Below are positions 24,466 to 37,080 of a stretch of DNA of 47,828 nt, piece by piece. The stretch is from Pseudogymnoascus verrucosus (lineage: Eukaryota). The DNA is taken from NCBI GenBank assembly GCA_001662655.1, contig KV460283.1; one strand, written 5' to 3'. Under the pieces are notes generated by a model, which searched no databases, was not told where the DNA came from, and worked only from the letters and a program-made list of their open reading frames with translations. The position numbers were made by a program, and so were the translations under genes. Numbering within the stretch: the stretch's first letter is position 1; every line of letters begins with the position of its first letter.

Positions 24466-24839
24466 TGAATTGATGACATGAGGAGGCATCATTGTTGACT
24501 ATGAGTGTGTGGTGGGCTTGGCAGGGCATCCGTTGTGGGGACCCCCCCTTTTTTCTCCCCCGCCTTCCCCTTTCACACCACTCCGCTTTCTATAACAAAC
24601 AACCCCCCCTCCTCCTTCCTCTCATACATCCCCAGCCGGCCCTCTCTCTATCTCCTCCTTTCAATATCGAAAACCATCACACAACATCCAACCCCCCCCT
24701 TCCCCGCGCTCCTCAACCCAAACATCCATCCCCCTCTCCACCACCCGACATATATAAAGCCCCCCAAATCCCAAACCCTTCACTTCTCCCTTATCACGAC
24801 TATAACCCCTCTCCTCACTCCCTATCAACCCCCTCGCCA

Positions 24840-25499
24840 TCACACGACATCCAGCCCCCCTTCCCCCTCAACTTCAACCCAAACACTCATCCCCCTCTCC
24901 ACCACCCCGCCAGAGAGTACAACACCCATAACCCCCGCCTTCCTAGCTACCACCACTCCCCTCTCTCTCACCGTACACTGCCCCAATAACCCCTTCCCGA
25001 ACCTCTCGATCTGGTGACACGGGTTACGGAGACCCGTTATTTTGATTGTTGCATCTCCATCAGATGCCGTGGGGGAGGAGGAGAAACGGAGGATAGTCCC
25101 GCGAGTGAGACCCTCAAGATCCAATCCCGAAGTCGTGATATTCTCCCCCAAATCCCCCGGCTTCACCCTCCTCTTCCCCTCTCCCTCCCCCGCCTTCCCC
25201 TCCTCACCCCGCACAACCAGCCCCTCAAGAAACTCCCCAGACATCAAATGCACCTGTCTCAAATTCTCTGGCAGCGGCCGCACCGTCATCCGACTGAGAT
25301 GTTGGATATCAGCCCCCAAATGGCAGTCTCCCTCTACCCCTAGACCGGGGATGAGAACAAGGCGGGAGATGGGAGGTTTGGAGAAGGCGTGGGTGGGGGA
25401 GAGGGAGAGGGATGTTATTGTTCCTGCTGGTTTGTGGGGGGGAGCAGGGGCGCCACCGAGGAAGTAGGATTCTGATGCGTAGCAGACTGGTGATGCCAT
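24840..25499 (-). CDS. MOSC-domain protein (YiiM-like)
   Basis: Intronless 219-aa ORF with GVEGDCH, LRQVHL, PGDLGENITT, LRNPC and RKAGVMGVVLSGGVV motifs. Confidence 0.88.
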   Translation of the reverse strand: MASPVCYASESYFLGGAPAPPHKPAGTITSLSLSPTHAFSKPPISRLVLIPGLGVEGDCHLGADIQHLSRMTVRPLPENLRQVHLMSGEFLEGLVVRGEEGKAGEGEGKRRVKPGDLGENITTSGLDLEGLTRGTILRFSSSPTASDGDATIKITGLRNPCHQIERFGKGLLGQCTVRERGVVVARKAGVMGVVLSGGVVERGMSVWVEVEGEGGLDVV

Positions 25500-26411
25500 C
25501 GCGCTCCTGGTGGTGATGGTTCAGTTGTGTGGGTAGTGAGTGTGAAGCGCGTGATTCCAAGCGCGCGGTATTTTGTGACACTCAATAACCCAGTTATTTT
25601 GTGCGTTAGATTATAACGTCAAAAAAGTGAGAGATGCAATGGGTGGTGGAGGGGTAAATTTGTGTATTGCCCCTCGTCTGCGGAAGTGCGGGGTGACTCA
25701 GATACCTCGCCTCACATCTTTATCATCCCGTCTGGCGGCGGGATCCCCACAATACGCAAAGGTAGGGTTATATCTGAATGCGGCCATGGACCCTGAATAG
25801 GGTGATAGCTGGTTTAAGGTTTGCGTATTCGAGGTATGGATGTCACTTATATCACCACTCGCTATAAAACTTGTGTACCACCCAGCAAGGTAAAGCATAT
25901 GTACAACAGCTAAAGGCTAAGGCAAAAGCAGGACATAAAAACATAGTCTTCATTCTTAAGAACATCATAGAAACTTTATCAGCTAAACTCCCCCCCATTA
26001 TCCCCATCCTCCCGCCGATCTTCCCAGCCAGCCAGCACAACCGTCCCCCGACGCCGCCCCGTGCCGAAAGTCCGAATAACTGAACGCCCGTCTGCCGAAA
26101 GACGCGAAAGTGTAGGAGAGATGATGTTTATACTATACCATACTATGCCACGCCCTGCCCATTACGCGCTTCCAGCTATCCAACGGTTCCACTAACCCTG
26201 GTAGGCTGTTGTTGTATTTTGTCGTTGTGTAAGGCGAGCTAGCCATGCTCCGTCGACCGTTCGTTGTGTAACCCCCCTCCCCGCCATCTCCAACATCCAT
26301 ACCCCACCCCCCGCACCTTCTCCCATCGCATCTGGTATCGCACGCACGCACGCCCGCTCAAAGAAAAAAATCCTTCCACCGCCCTACCCTAACTGACTAA
26401 CTGCGCTGCGC

Positions 26412-27556
26412 TCATTGATAACTCCCCGTCGCCGCATAGGTCGGCCCATGCCCTCTGCCCGAGTGCGCCGCGCTTCCCTGCTCAAAGTAAGGGTGCATGC
26501 AAGCTTGCTTAGCGGAGATGCGGCCGGCGGGGTCGTAGACGAGCATGTTCTCCAGCAGGTCCTGGCCGATGTTGTCAAGGCCGGGGATCAGGTTGGCGTT
26601 GAGGTCGCGGCCCCATTTGGGGAAGGAGGATTTGAAGTCGGGGAAGGAGGTTACGCCGGGCCAGTCGAGTTCGGTGGGTGTGCCGAGAAGGCTGGGAGGG
26701 GGGTCAGTATGGTTTATGGGGATTGCAAGAGAGTTGAATGGGTAGGAAGGGGGACGTACCGGAAGATCTTGAAGATCTCGTCAATCTCGGAATCACCAGC
26801 GAACAGCGGCTTGCGCGTGCACATCTCGGCGAAGATGCAGCCGACGGACCACATATCGACACCAGTAGAGTACTGGCGGCCACCGAGCAGGATCTCGGGA
26901 GCGCGGTACCACAGCGTGACGACCTCGTGGGTGTATGTGCGGAGAGGCACACCAAAGGCTCTCGCGAGTCCGAAATCCCCAAGCTTGAGGTTACCATCGC
27001 GGTCGATCAGGAGATTTTGCGGCTTCAAATCACGGTGCAGCACGCGGTGACTGTGGCAGTAGCGAATACCCTCGCACAACTGGCTCATGAACTTCTTGAC
27101 CATCTGGTCGCCGAGGCCGAGGCGGCCGAGGTCGGGGCTGGAGCCTTCGGGGAGAGCCTTGCCGCGCCCGCCGTCGCTGATGGGGAGGGCTTCCATGTAT
27201 TTCTTCAGGTCGAGGTCGAGGAACTCCATGACGAGGTACAGCTTGTGGCCGTCGGCGTGGACGATGTTGAGAAGGCGGACGATGTTGGGGTCGTTCATCT
27301 CTTTGAGGAGGGAGATCTCGCGGATAGCGGTGGAGGGGACGCCTTCATCTTCGGCTTCGAGACGGATCTTCTTGAGAGCTACAATGCGGCCGCCGTGCAG
27401 GAGGTCGCGGGCTTTGTAGACGACTCCGTAGGTTCCTGGGAGAAGATCTGTCAGCCGTTGCTGCGGTGTGGGAGAGCGTGCGGGGTAGCATTGGGGTCTG
27501 GGAAATGTAAATTACATACCCTCTCCAATCTTCTCCAATTTCTGGTAGTTCTCCAT
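26412..27556 (-). CDS. CDC28: Cyclin-dependent kinase 1 (Cdc28/Cdc2/NimX)
   Basis: Exons 27556-27520, 27435-26760 and 26691-26412. [55 protein letters not shown] and GDSEID. Confidence 0.98.
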
Positions 27557-28037
27557 ATTGAAAGATACTGTTTTCTTATTTTTATGTGGCGTGGATGTCG
27601 AATGCTGCCAGGAGCCCTCTCCTCAAGGGGGATCGTGTTTAGCGGGGCGATAAATGAGGGGCAGAACAAAGTGGCATCCGCTGCATGTACTCGAGAGATT
27701 CAACAACTATACTCAGAATTGAACTCGGTCTCTTATATAACCTATTGGTCGTATACTGTCGGATTGGTTTTGTTTGTTAGGATGCTCGTTTGTCGCTGTA
27801 TGTTGGGCGTGCCGTTTGTTGTCTTTCGGGCTGGAAGTAAATAAAGAGCCGTCGCGAGAAATCAAGCTCAGCTGGCAACGCGCACCTCGCTTACTTCATC
27901 GAGGCTGGTCTATCAACTTTTCTTAGCCACAATAAGGCAATGTCTTACAGAAAATTGTGACCGAAATATGAACCACATCTACGGTATATTAATTATACTT
28001 ATAAATTGATTTTGTGCAGGGCTTATTTTGGATCAAA

Positions 28038-29199
28038 ATGATAGTTCCTAACGAGGCCAATACGCCCCCAAAAAGGCCTCCTTTGGACGCTCGGGAACAG
28101 CCCCCGCAATTTTTGAAAGATATCTTCAAGCGCTTCCAAAGGCTCCCCTTATCTGAGATTTCTACTGATTCTCATATTTTGGATTTTACCAAAGATACTC
28201 TGCCTCAAGGGCTAAGGCTTGATAGAGAGATCTCGTCGGATGATCTACAATCTATTTATCGTCGTTTCGTTGGAGACGGAAAAGAATTTGATACTCCAGA
28301 AAGCCAGCCTGTTTATAGCTGCGAAGCATTGCCAGGTAGGGCGAATCTCTATTTTATCATGTCATGTTTTCTCTTTTATATTCGATAGTTTCTCAAACGC
28401 GCAGCCTTATCTCCACCTATGGTCCATGGTTCATCCTGACACTATTTCAGGTCTACTCATATTACCATCTTTCCTGCCGTCACAGGTCCAAAGGGAACTC
28501 TTATCCCGTCTTCTGCACAGAGATCTGTCAGATCCAGAGCACATGACAAATGTTCACATGTTCTACGATATGCCCTATCCAAAGGGCGTTTCTACTCCAG
28601 AAGGGACGTCTGAGGCACCTTCATTCTTCTCATATTCGCCGAAGACCAAGACGGTATTCAATCCAAAGGACCCTAGTGTCCACAAACCTCTTACGATGTC
28701 AAAATTCATGGAGAAGAGTCTCCGATGGGTTACTCTAGGTGGGCAATATGATTGGACGAACAAAGTCTATCCGGACGAGGCGCCGCCAGCGTTTCCAACT
28801 GATATCAAAGACCTACTTGAGGGTATTTTCCCAGAAATGAAGGCTCAAGCGGCGATTGTCAATTTATACAGCCCAGGCGATACGCTTAGCTTACACAGAG
28901 ACGTCAGCGAAGAGAGCGACAACGGTCTCGTCAGCATCAGCTTGGGTTGCGACTGCCTTTTCGTTGTGGGTTTGGGCCGAGATCCGTCCGATTCCATTGT
29001 GGTGCACCTTCGGTCCGGGGATGCCTTACTCATGTCAAGGGAATCTCGATTTGCGTGGCACGGCGTACCAAAGATTTTACCAAGCTCGTGTCCCACATAT
29101 CTCGCGTCGTGGCCTGCAGAAGATAACCAATACGAGGAGTGGCGAGACTGGATGAAAAACAAGAGAATCAACCTTAACGTTCGGCAAATGTTCGATTGA
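28038..29199 (+). CDS. AlkB-family 2OG/Fe(II) dioxygenase (ALKBH1/Abh1-like)
   Basis: ATG 28038 and intron 28336-28450. LRWVTLGGQYDWT, AIVNLYSPGDTLSLHRDVSE (HxD), WHGV and RINLNVRQ. Confidence 0.92.
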
Positions 29200-29495
29200 G
29201 CGATTTATTCCCATCGACAGGAAAAATAATCATTATCCTTACGAATTGACCCTCGTCGGAACAGCACTAGAGATTTTATCAGCTAATAGGCACTCTATGG
29301 ATTTCCAGAATTGGAAAGTACTGCCGAGATTCCGATCAGCGGGGTAAGTCGACGGTGAGGTCATGCCCTAAGGATATCTTATCGCTCAATGCGGGCAATG
29401 CGGGGAAGCGTCAGCGAAGGTTAAAATAGTTCCCCATTGCCAATGTTTTTTTCAAAGTATAAGCTTTTATTGCGACAAGCTATATATTATTCGCC

Positions 29496-31357
29496 ATGTC
29501 GTCGTGGAAAGAAGTAGCTCAAGCCAAGCGCGCGTCGATCAGAGCGGCCATTCCGCAGAAATGGCTCTTATCATCTGTCCCGTCTGTACAGGAACAAAAA
29601 GATGTAACGGGCAAATATATACAACAATTTCTAACGGAGAGAGAAATTGAGATTACGGAGACAGATGCTGTCGGGATTGTCGCAAAAACAACCACTGGGG
29701 CTTGGAAAGCGAGAGAAGTGACGGAAGCTTTCTGTCACAGAGCCGCCCTTGCGCATCAACTAGTCAGTAACTTCTCCAATTCCCCCATTACCCCCGCACC
29801 AATTAACTTTAAACCAGGTGAATTGCCTCCACGAAATATTCTTCGAAGCAGCAATCACAGATGCGCAAAAGCTCGACGATTACTATGCCAAGCACAACGC
29901 CCCAATCGGCCCCCTCCATGGCCTTCCTATATCCCTCAAAGATCAATTCCATGTCCGCGGCGTCGAAACTACTATGGGATATGTGGGCTGGATAAATACT
30001 TTTGAGGGCGTTAAGGGAACTGGAAAAGAGCGCGTCTTCGAGTCTGAGATGGTGCGCGAGCTCCGTAACCTTGGCGCAGTGTTATACGTCAAGACGGCAG
30101 TTCCGCACACATTGATGCATGGGGAGACAGTGAACAACGTTATCGGATACTGCTGGAACCCCAAGAACCGCCGTCTTGTTTGCGGTGGTAGTTCCGGAGG
30201 AGAAGGGGCCCTCATTGCCTGTCGAGGTGCCCCTATCGGCCTTGGCACGGATATTGGAGGCAGCATTCGTGTACCTTCTGCTTTCAATGGGCTCTATGGG
30301 ATTCGTCCCAGCGTAGGAAGGTTACCATATGAGGGCATGGCGAATGCTATGCAAGGTCAGAACTCGATCTTGTCAGTCGTCGGGCCCATGGGTACGAGTG
30401 TTGGTGGGCTTAGACTGGTCATGAAGGCTATTCTCACACAGAAGCCTTGGCTACATGACCCTGCTGTGCATGAGATCCCATGGCGTAGCGAGCAAGAGGA
30501 AGCTGTGCTTCAGCTAATCAAATCATCTGGCAAGGGCCGTCAACTCGCTTTTGGTGTTTACCGTCACGATGGTGTGGTTCGCCCTCTTCCACCTGTTCGA
30601 CGCGCCCTTGATATCATGGTTAAGACGATCGAGAAGCTAGGCCACAAAGTCATCGACTGGGTACCACCTCCCCATGATTATGCATCGGAAATCGCTGTAA
30701 GTCCCCGCGCTCGTTTCCTTCATATACACGAGCTAATTATCAAAGTTAAAAACCTGGATCTTCGACGGCGGTCTCGACGTCCATCAATCCATGGGCCTCG
30801 CCAGCGAACCCCTCGATCCAGCAATCAGCACCATCTACGGCTCAGAACCCGTGCGCGAGTTCCAGGCGTCTGAGATCGCGAAAGTGAATGTCCAGATCCG
30901 GGAGTATCGTAAACAGTACAGCGATTACTGGAACTCGACGGCTGAACTCACTGGCACGGGAGAGGTGGTTGATGCGTTCATCATGCCTGTTACGCCGTTC
31001 CCGGCGGCGACGCCAATGGATTACCCGCATTATGGTAAGAGTTTTCAGGAACTATGGCTGCAAAAGAAGAATGAGATGACTGACAAACTTCTAGATTACT
31101 GTACCCTCGTCAACCTCCTCGACTACCCCTCCATCGCTATTCCCGTCACGATCTCGTCCAAAACTCTTGATCCCGTAGATGAGAAATTCGTCAGTCTAAG
31201 CGGCAACCCACTGGACAAAAAGACGTTCGATGTTTACGATCCGGAGATATTCGACGGTGCGTTCGTGGGCTTGCAACTGGTAGGCCGCCGATTGCATGAA
31301 GAGAGACTGCTCGCCCTCGCAGAAATGCTTGGAGATGGGATTGAAGGGCCAAAATGA
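29496..31357 (+). CDS. Amidase-signature family enzyme (acetamidase / general amidase-like)
   Basis: Introns 29763-29817, 30697-30745 and 31035-31094. HGLPISLKD (catalytic Lys), GGSSGGEG and GTDIGGSIRVPS. Confidence 0.93.
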
Positions 31358-31741
31358 CATACCGACAGTACGAGTTCAGTGGATTAAATCCCCATTGGAA
31401 GCAATTTATTGTATGACGTCCAAGGTGGAACGAATCTGTTTTAGGACATTTATAGAAGCATAGCATAGCAGCATAGAACGGCGCATTTAGGTTAACTATG
31501 TTGGAAATACCACTATCACTATCTAGAATAATCCCCCCGACTCTGAATTGACCACTGTAACATTCGTTCCATTTATACTTTTCCGTAGACCATCTGTCTA
31601 CATTACTCGGGTATCCCAAAAAAAAGCATCTTCCTCAACCCCGAAACCACAAGACTCTAACAATGAGATCCCCCTCGCTTCTAAACATACCAGACGCCTT
31701 CTCTTCCCACACCCCACACCCTCACCAGAGCACACCATCCC

Positions 31742-34700
31742 CTAACGACGTCCATAAACCGGATGCTCCTCCACCACCCTCCTCTGCCCCCCCACCGGCG
31801 GCGACCTCCTCGGCACCGACCTCCCACTCTCCACACTCACCTCCCGACTCGCCGGCGCCAACACCCTCGTCTGCGTATTCTGATACGCCGGCTTATTCAG
31901 CGGCGGCTCGGTATACTCCGCATCGCGACGAAACAGCTGCATGATCTCCTTCATGCCCAGCTTACTCACTCCGCCATTCTTGCCGCCCTCGATGGCTTGG
32001 TTGGCGAGCTCGCGCTTCTTCTCTTGCAGCTCGAGGATGCGCTCTTCGACCGAGTCGGCAATGGTGATCTTGTAGACTATGACGTCGATTTTTTGGGTGA
32101 GGCGGTGGACGCGGTCGATGGCTTGTTCTTCGACGAACTGTGGGGGGAGGGGGTTAGTGTTTGTTTGTTATGGGGATGAGGATAAGAGGGGGGGGCTTAC
32201 GGGATTCCAGAATGGCTCAAGGATGACGACGCGGGTGGCAGCTGTCAGGTTCAGACCCAAAGATCCACACTTCAAGGAGCAGAGCAGGATGCGGCATGAC
32301 TTCTCCTCGCGCAGCATTTTCAAGCTCGCCTCGCGGAGATCGTTCCTCATACTTCCATCATAGCGGGTGTATTTATACCCATCTCTCTGCAAAAACGGCT
32401 CAATCAGGTCCAACATACTCGTGAACTGGCTGAAGACGATGAACTTATGCTCATCGGCTTCCTTGCCGAGGATGCTGAGCAGATGCGTGATCTTGGTGGA
32501 TGTGACGATGGTAGAGAGTTTCGTCTCGTCGTCGTCGAGGTCAGAGCCGTCGATGTCGGAAGCACCTTCGACTTCGACTTCGGATTCATTGTCGCTTGGG
32601 GGGTCAGATTTAATAGTTATGATCTCGCCCGTCGTATCTGCCACTACTGAGAGTTCCGTCTCATCATCAGCAGTGTCGTAATTGGTAGACTTATCACTAT
32701 CATCAGAACCGACATCAATGCCTTCTCCCTCCGCATTTTCATCGTCTGTTCCGCCTGCCTTGCCGAGTTTGGTAGGGCCTTGCTGGTCTTCACCTACGAT
32801 CCAGGAGCCTTCGTCTTCATCATCACTGTCAACAATGACATTGCGATTGCGAGTTTTGAGCTTAGTCTTAACCTTCTCTTCCTGGATGTCTGAGTGACGA
32901 GCTCGGATAGCTGAGATTCGGTCCTTGCGAGTGGGCTTCTTCGTGCTCATCAACAAGTCACTCTCACACTCCTCGCATCTTATCGCGCCAGCCTTCGCCA
33001 GGTCTTTGCTAATCTCCAGCTGACAGATGTCGCACTTCTTGCTTCCGACTCCAAGGTCGCCGAACATACCAGCAAGATCTTCCAGGTCATCTTCAGTAGT
33101 AGCTGCCTTCTTTCGTGGTGTAGATGGCACAGTGGCTGCTTCAGCACCGAGTGCCTCTCCATCCTTGCCCAGCTTGCCGGCAACCAATTTTGGGTGGTTG
33201 CAAGCCTGTCTGAGACGAAGGAGTAAGGTCAAGGCGCTGGCATAGTTAACATTCTGGCCATCCATCATCTCCTCCAAGCTCTTGTCTGCGCGTTTCTCAA
33301 GGCGATCGTAGAAGAGGCGCTCCTCAGGGGAGAATTTGGCAAAGACCTTCTCAATCTTTCGTTCCGTGACTTTGAACCCAGTGCTGCTAGCAGCTCCAGC
33401 AACCGATGGCTTGCCACCAGGGTTCAGTGCACCTTCCTTCTTCAGGATATCCTTCGTGCGACGCTTCATGAATATCTTGAGATAGTGCTGTAGTCTTTTG
33501 ATGGCCACATCGCCTCGACCATTCTTCATTGGTCGGTCAATCTGATCCTTCCACTGCTTCAAGTCGTCGTATGGCTTGATACGGAGGAATTTGATTAAGC
33601 TCTGCAGCTCATCGAGGTTGTTCTGCATTGGTGTTCCGGTGAGACACCATCTGTACTCGCTTCTCAAAGCATAGCAAGCCTGAGTCGCCTTTGCATTGCG
33701 ATTCTTAATTGTGTGTGCTTCATCAAGGATAACACGGTACCAGTGCAAGCCGAAGCACCCAACCTTGATGCCTTCCGAATCCTGTGACGAGTTTCCAAAC
33801 TCAGAAACTAGAATCTGGTAGGTGGTGACGACAACATCGTAATTCTTCAAGTCGTTGTGGTTCTTGGTCCGCTGTGGACCGTGATGGACGTAGACGCGGA
33901 GGGCATGGGATGGTAGCACCTTGTCCTTAATTTCAAGCTCCCACTGTCGAATCAATGCCAGCGGTGCCACTACAAGTGTGCACTTCTGCATAGACGATGG
34001 GAACTTGCGCTTACCATCTTCGAGGTCTGACCCACTTGGCCGAGGGTTCGTGAGGATGAGCGAAATGGATTGAAGTGTCTTTCCGAGACCCATATCATCA
34101 GCCAAGATTCCACCCTTGGGAACTGTGCCCTTTTTCCTCGTGCCGAGTTCACGGTCTTTCATCCAGCCTAGTCCCTCGACTTGATGAGGAAGTAATTTGA
34201 CTTTGACGCCCTCTACTGTTCCATCATCCTCATCTTCGTCGTCTTCCTCTACTGGTGCATCGTCGGTGACGGCAAGACCCTTCAACATCGAAGTCAATCC
34301 ATCTGCCTTAGCATCAAGCTTCTTCTTGCGTGACCTTGTCTTCGGGATATCATCGTCCTCATCCTCAATAGCTCCTTCCAAAAGAGCCTTAAGATCTTCG
34401 GCAGCCTTCTTCGGGTCAACAAACGCATAGGGCTCCGCGGGCGCAAGGCGATCCCTATAGCCGTCCTTCGTAAGGTCAATAATATTTCCATAGCTATCTC
34501 TTGTGAGATCAATGGGGTTCTGATATTGGCCCACTGGTTGGATAGTTGGTTGGTAATTATTGACTGGTTGAAACCCTCCTCCCTGGTTATTCACCGGTTT
34601 AAAGCCGCCGCCTCCTTGGGTATTCACGGACTTAAAGCCGCCTGGGTATTGAGTCCCAAAGGAACCGTACATGGTAGGCGGTGCTGGCTGCGTCGTCGTA

Positions 34701-35038
34701 TAAACCGGGGCGCTGGGTTTAGATATCGGTGTCGCAGCACCCGGAGGGACTCCGGGCATGGCGCGGGGTTGTTGGAATTGGGGACGGGCGGGCTTCGTCG
34801 GTATGAACATGCTCGAGTTTGTGTTGTATTTGGACTGGGTCTTGTTTCCCTGGCCATTAATCTTTGTGAGTGGCGATTGAGGCATCGTAGGCTGTCCAAA
34901 TTGAGGGGCAAACGATGGCTGGGCCGGTGCTTGCAGCGCTGGATTAGCTGGGTATGGTGCTAATGGTGTCGGCTCCATTGGATCATGGTATTGAGCGGGC
35001 TTCGGCGGCGCCTTTGCAGGCGACCTTTCGTTGACCAT
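31742..35038 (-). CDS. SNF2-family ATPase, Rad5/Rad16-like group; N-terminus probably extends further upstream
   Basis: GGILADDMGLGKT, RVILDEAH, CLTGTPMQN, LLRLRQACNHP and SLKCGSLGLNLT. Intron 32200-32138 joins FWNP|FVEEQAIDRVHR. Stop at 31742. Confidence 0.93.
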
Positions 35039-35910
35039 GGTGCTCGAATGTTTCTGGGGATGGCCTTTGGTGGCTTTTCTGTTGGCTCCGAAGGCAGCTG
35101 GGACCGGCGAGTTGGTTGTCTGATGGCTCTCTGGGAAGAAGCCACTACTCTCAGCGGAGTGGTAATCGAATAAGGACGTGGAATTTCCGAAGTCGCTGAG
35201 GCTAGGTGAATGCGGGGTGCTCCATTCGGAAGAGGGCTCGGAAGTCGGTGATATCAGTGTTTGTGTCGGTATCGGTCGAGCACCTGGAGAGATTTCAATA
35301 ACTGAAGAGTCAAGAAATCTTTTCTGGTTTGCTTGATGTGGTTGTGTTAAGTGCCGGTTGCGCGGGAGCGCGTTGTTCGTGGAAGTTGCTGGTTGTGTTG
35401 ACTCCGGCGGGGTTTTGTTGCGTCTGGAGCTATTGTTGGGTTAAAAATTGTTCGCCACGTCGCGGTCAACAAAGGTCGACGAGAATAATCCACCATACCT
35501 CATAAATTTTTCCTTTTAACTATACATAGATCCCTGGGTATGTTCCTATGTGAATTTTGAAAGTTATATCTGTCTACCTCAGGGTCTTGAATATCGATCA
35601 GACCCACAATAGGCATCAATGTAAATCACCCACTATCGAAGCGATAAGCCGTTGGCCAGGTGAAACCTTAATCGAAGTTATACGTACACGGCAGTTGTTA
35701 TGCAACGAGGGTGCCGTGCCACCATGATCTACAATATCACGAATCTCTCCCGATAGAAACAGAGAGTGAAGAGTATATATTACTAGATATTCATTGAATG
35801 AATGTATTACAGTTCATCTCAAGCCCAATTCCCAGAACTAACAACTCCAATCATGTCACAACCTGGTATCGTACAGTACAACCAACCTTCCACTCGTAGT
35901 GATTCCAAGC

Positions 35911-36677
35911 CTACTTCTGCTCCTCTGATTTCCACTCCGTTCTTCCCAGTCTCACAATTTCCGACTGTCCCATTGTCAACGACGCTGGTCCCTCCCCCGC
36001 AAGTGCTTTCAATCCACCGCTCACTGCAGCTTTGGCAATGACATCCGCATCCTGCGCCCAACCGTCGCTCAACCAACCACCACTTACGGCACCAAATACC
36101 CTTGCAATGCCCTGGAACGCATATTCTGCCGCTCTCAGGTGGTCTCTTCCACCAAGAATAAGGCCAGGTCGCAGAATCACGGTCTTCTCAAAGCCCAGTG
36201 CCTTCACGGCCTCTTCCAGTTCCCCCTTCATCTTCGGGTATCCCATCATTGAATTGGGATTCGCGCCACCACTGCTGATGAGAACGTAGACCTTGGCGCC
36301 AGCCCTCTTCGCTGCCTGAGCAGCTTCAAGGTTCAGGTCATAGTCGATCTTCCGCTGGTTGTCAAATCCACCTGCTGCGGCACGAGTGGTGCCCAGACCA
36401 GAGAAGAAAATGTCGGGCGGAGGCGTGATGGCGGAAATGCTAGCTGCCCATTTCGCCGAGTCCTCAACGGTCGCGTTTAGCTTTGCGCCAGTGTCCTGGG
36501 GGGCGCGTCGGGTGAAAGTGCGCACAGAGCTAATAGCTGGGAGCTGGAGGAGCGTGGAGAGGATGTGAGATCCCTGTGAGCGTAAGCAGAGTTCATCAAC
36601 AACAACCACCAATAAACACTGGCGAGGCTGACACTTACCACAAGGCCGGTACTTCCGATGACCACGGTGGAAGTCAT
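35911..36677 (-). CDS. FMP52: Fmp52 / HTATIP2(TIP30)-like NAD(P)-binding Rossmann protein
   Basis: Exon 36677-36639 (MTSTVVIGSTGLV) and intron 36638-36574, then GSHIL...SGLGTTRAAAG...KIDYDLNL...YPKMKGELE...ILRPGLILG. Confidence 0.9.
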
Positions 36678-36889
36678 GATGAGATAAGGTTGGGTTTTAA
36701 GGTCGTAGATGCGTGTGAATCTTTTTCCAGTAAATTTAAAACAGTAATATGGAGATTTCGTTGCAATTAAATAGGTTTTTAAGAAGAATTCGTTTCCTCC
36801 ACACAAATGGTCTTGGGAGCTCAATACTGTACGTCACAGACTTGCCTAGAGCCCGGCCCCAAGGGTAACGCCGCTATGTCCGCAACTGT

Positions 36890-37080
36890 ATTTCACGTGC
36901 TTCAGCCTTGCGCCATTCCCCATATTATCAACAACATTGTCATTTCACGTGCTTTTTCAGCCTTGCGTCATTCCTATTCCCCCATATTATCAATATTATT
37001 ATATCACGTGATTAAATAGATTAGCCGTCGATTAAAGTATACGCTAAAATTGGCCACACTTTAACCGAGGATTGCGTGAT
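36890..37080. promoter_or_regulatory. Sulfur-regulon-type cis-elements in the FMP52/MET10 divergent promoter
   Basis: TCACGTG (Cbf1/CDEI-type) at 36893, 36945 and 37004. TTGCGCCAT at 36908, TTGCGTCAT at 36963 and ATTGCGTGAT at 37071 resemble the CYS3/MetR bZIP site ATGRYRYCAT. Confidence 0.7.

Noticed and set aside
24492..25017. Pro/His-rich plus-strand ORFs
   Set aside because: Produced by the C-rich antisense of the MOSC 3' end and UTR.
26060..26115. CTGA...CGAAA with small hairpins as a hammerhead ribozyme
   Set aside because: The core reads CTGAACG rather than CUGANGA, and stems I/III cannot be formed.
27110..27190. Insertion in CDK1 ([22 protein letters not shown])
   Set aside because: A typical feature of filamentous-ascomycete Cdc2/NimX orthologs; not novel.
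26738..27844. 368-aa plus-strand ORF
   Set aside because: Antisense shadow of the codon-biased CDK1 gene; no recognisable motifs.
28219..28450. ORF-track N-terminus of the AlkB protein
   Set aside because: It runs out of frame through exon 1 and the 28336-28450 intron; the spliced model from ATG 28038 fits better.
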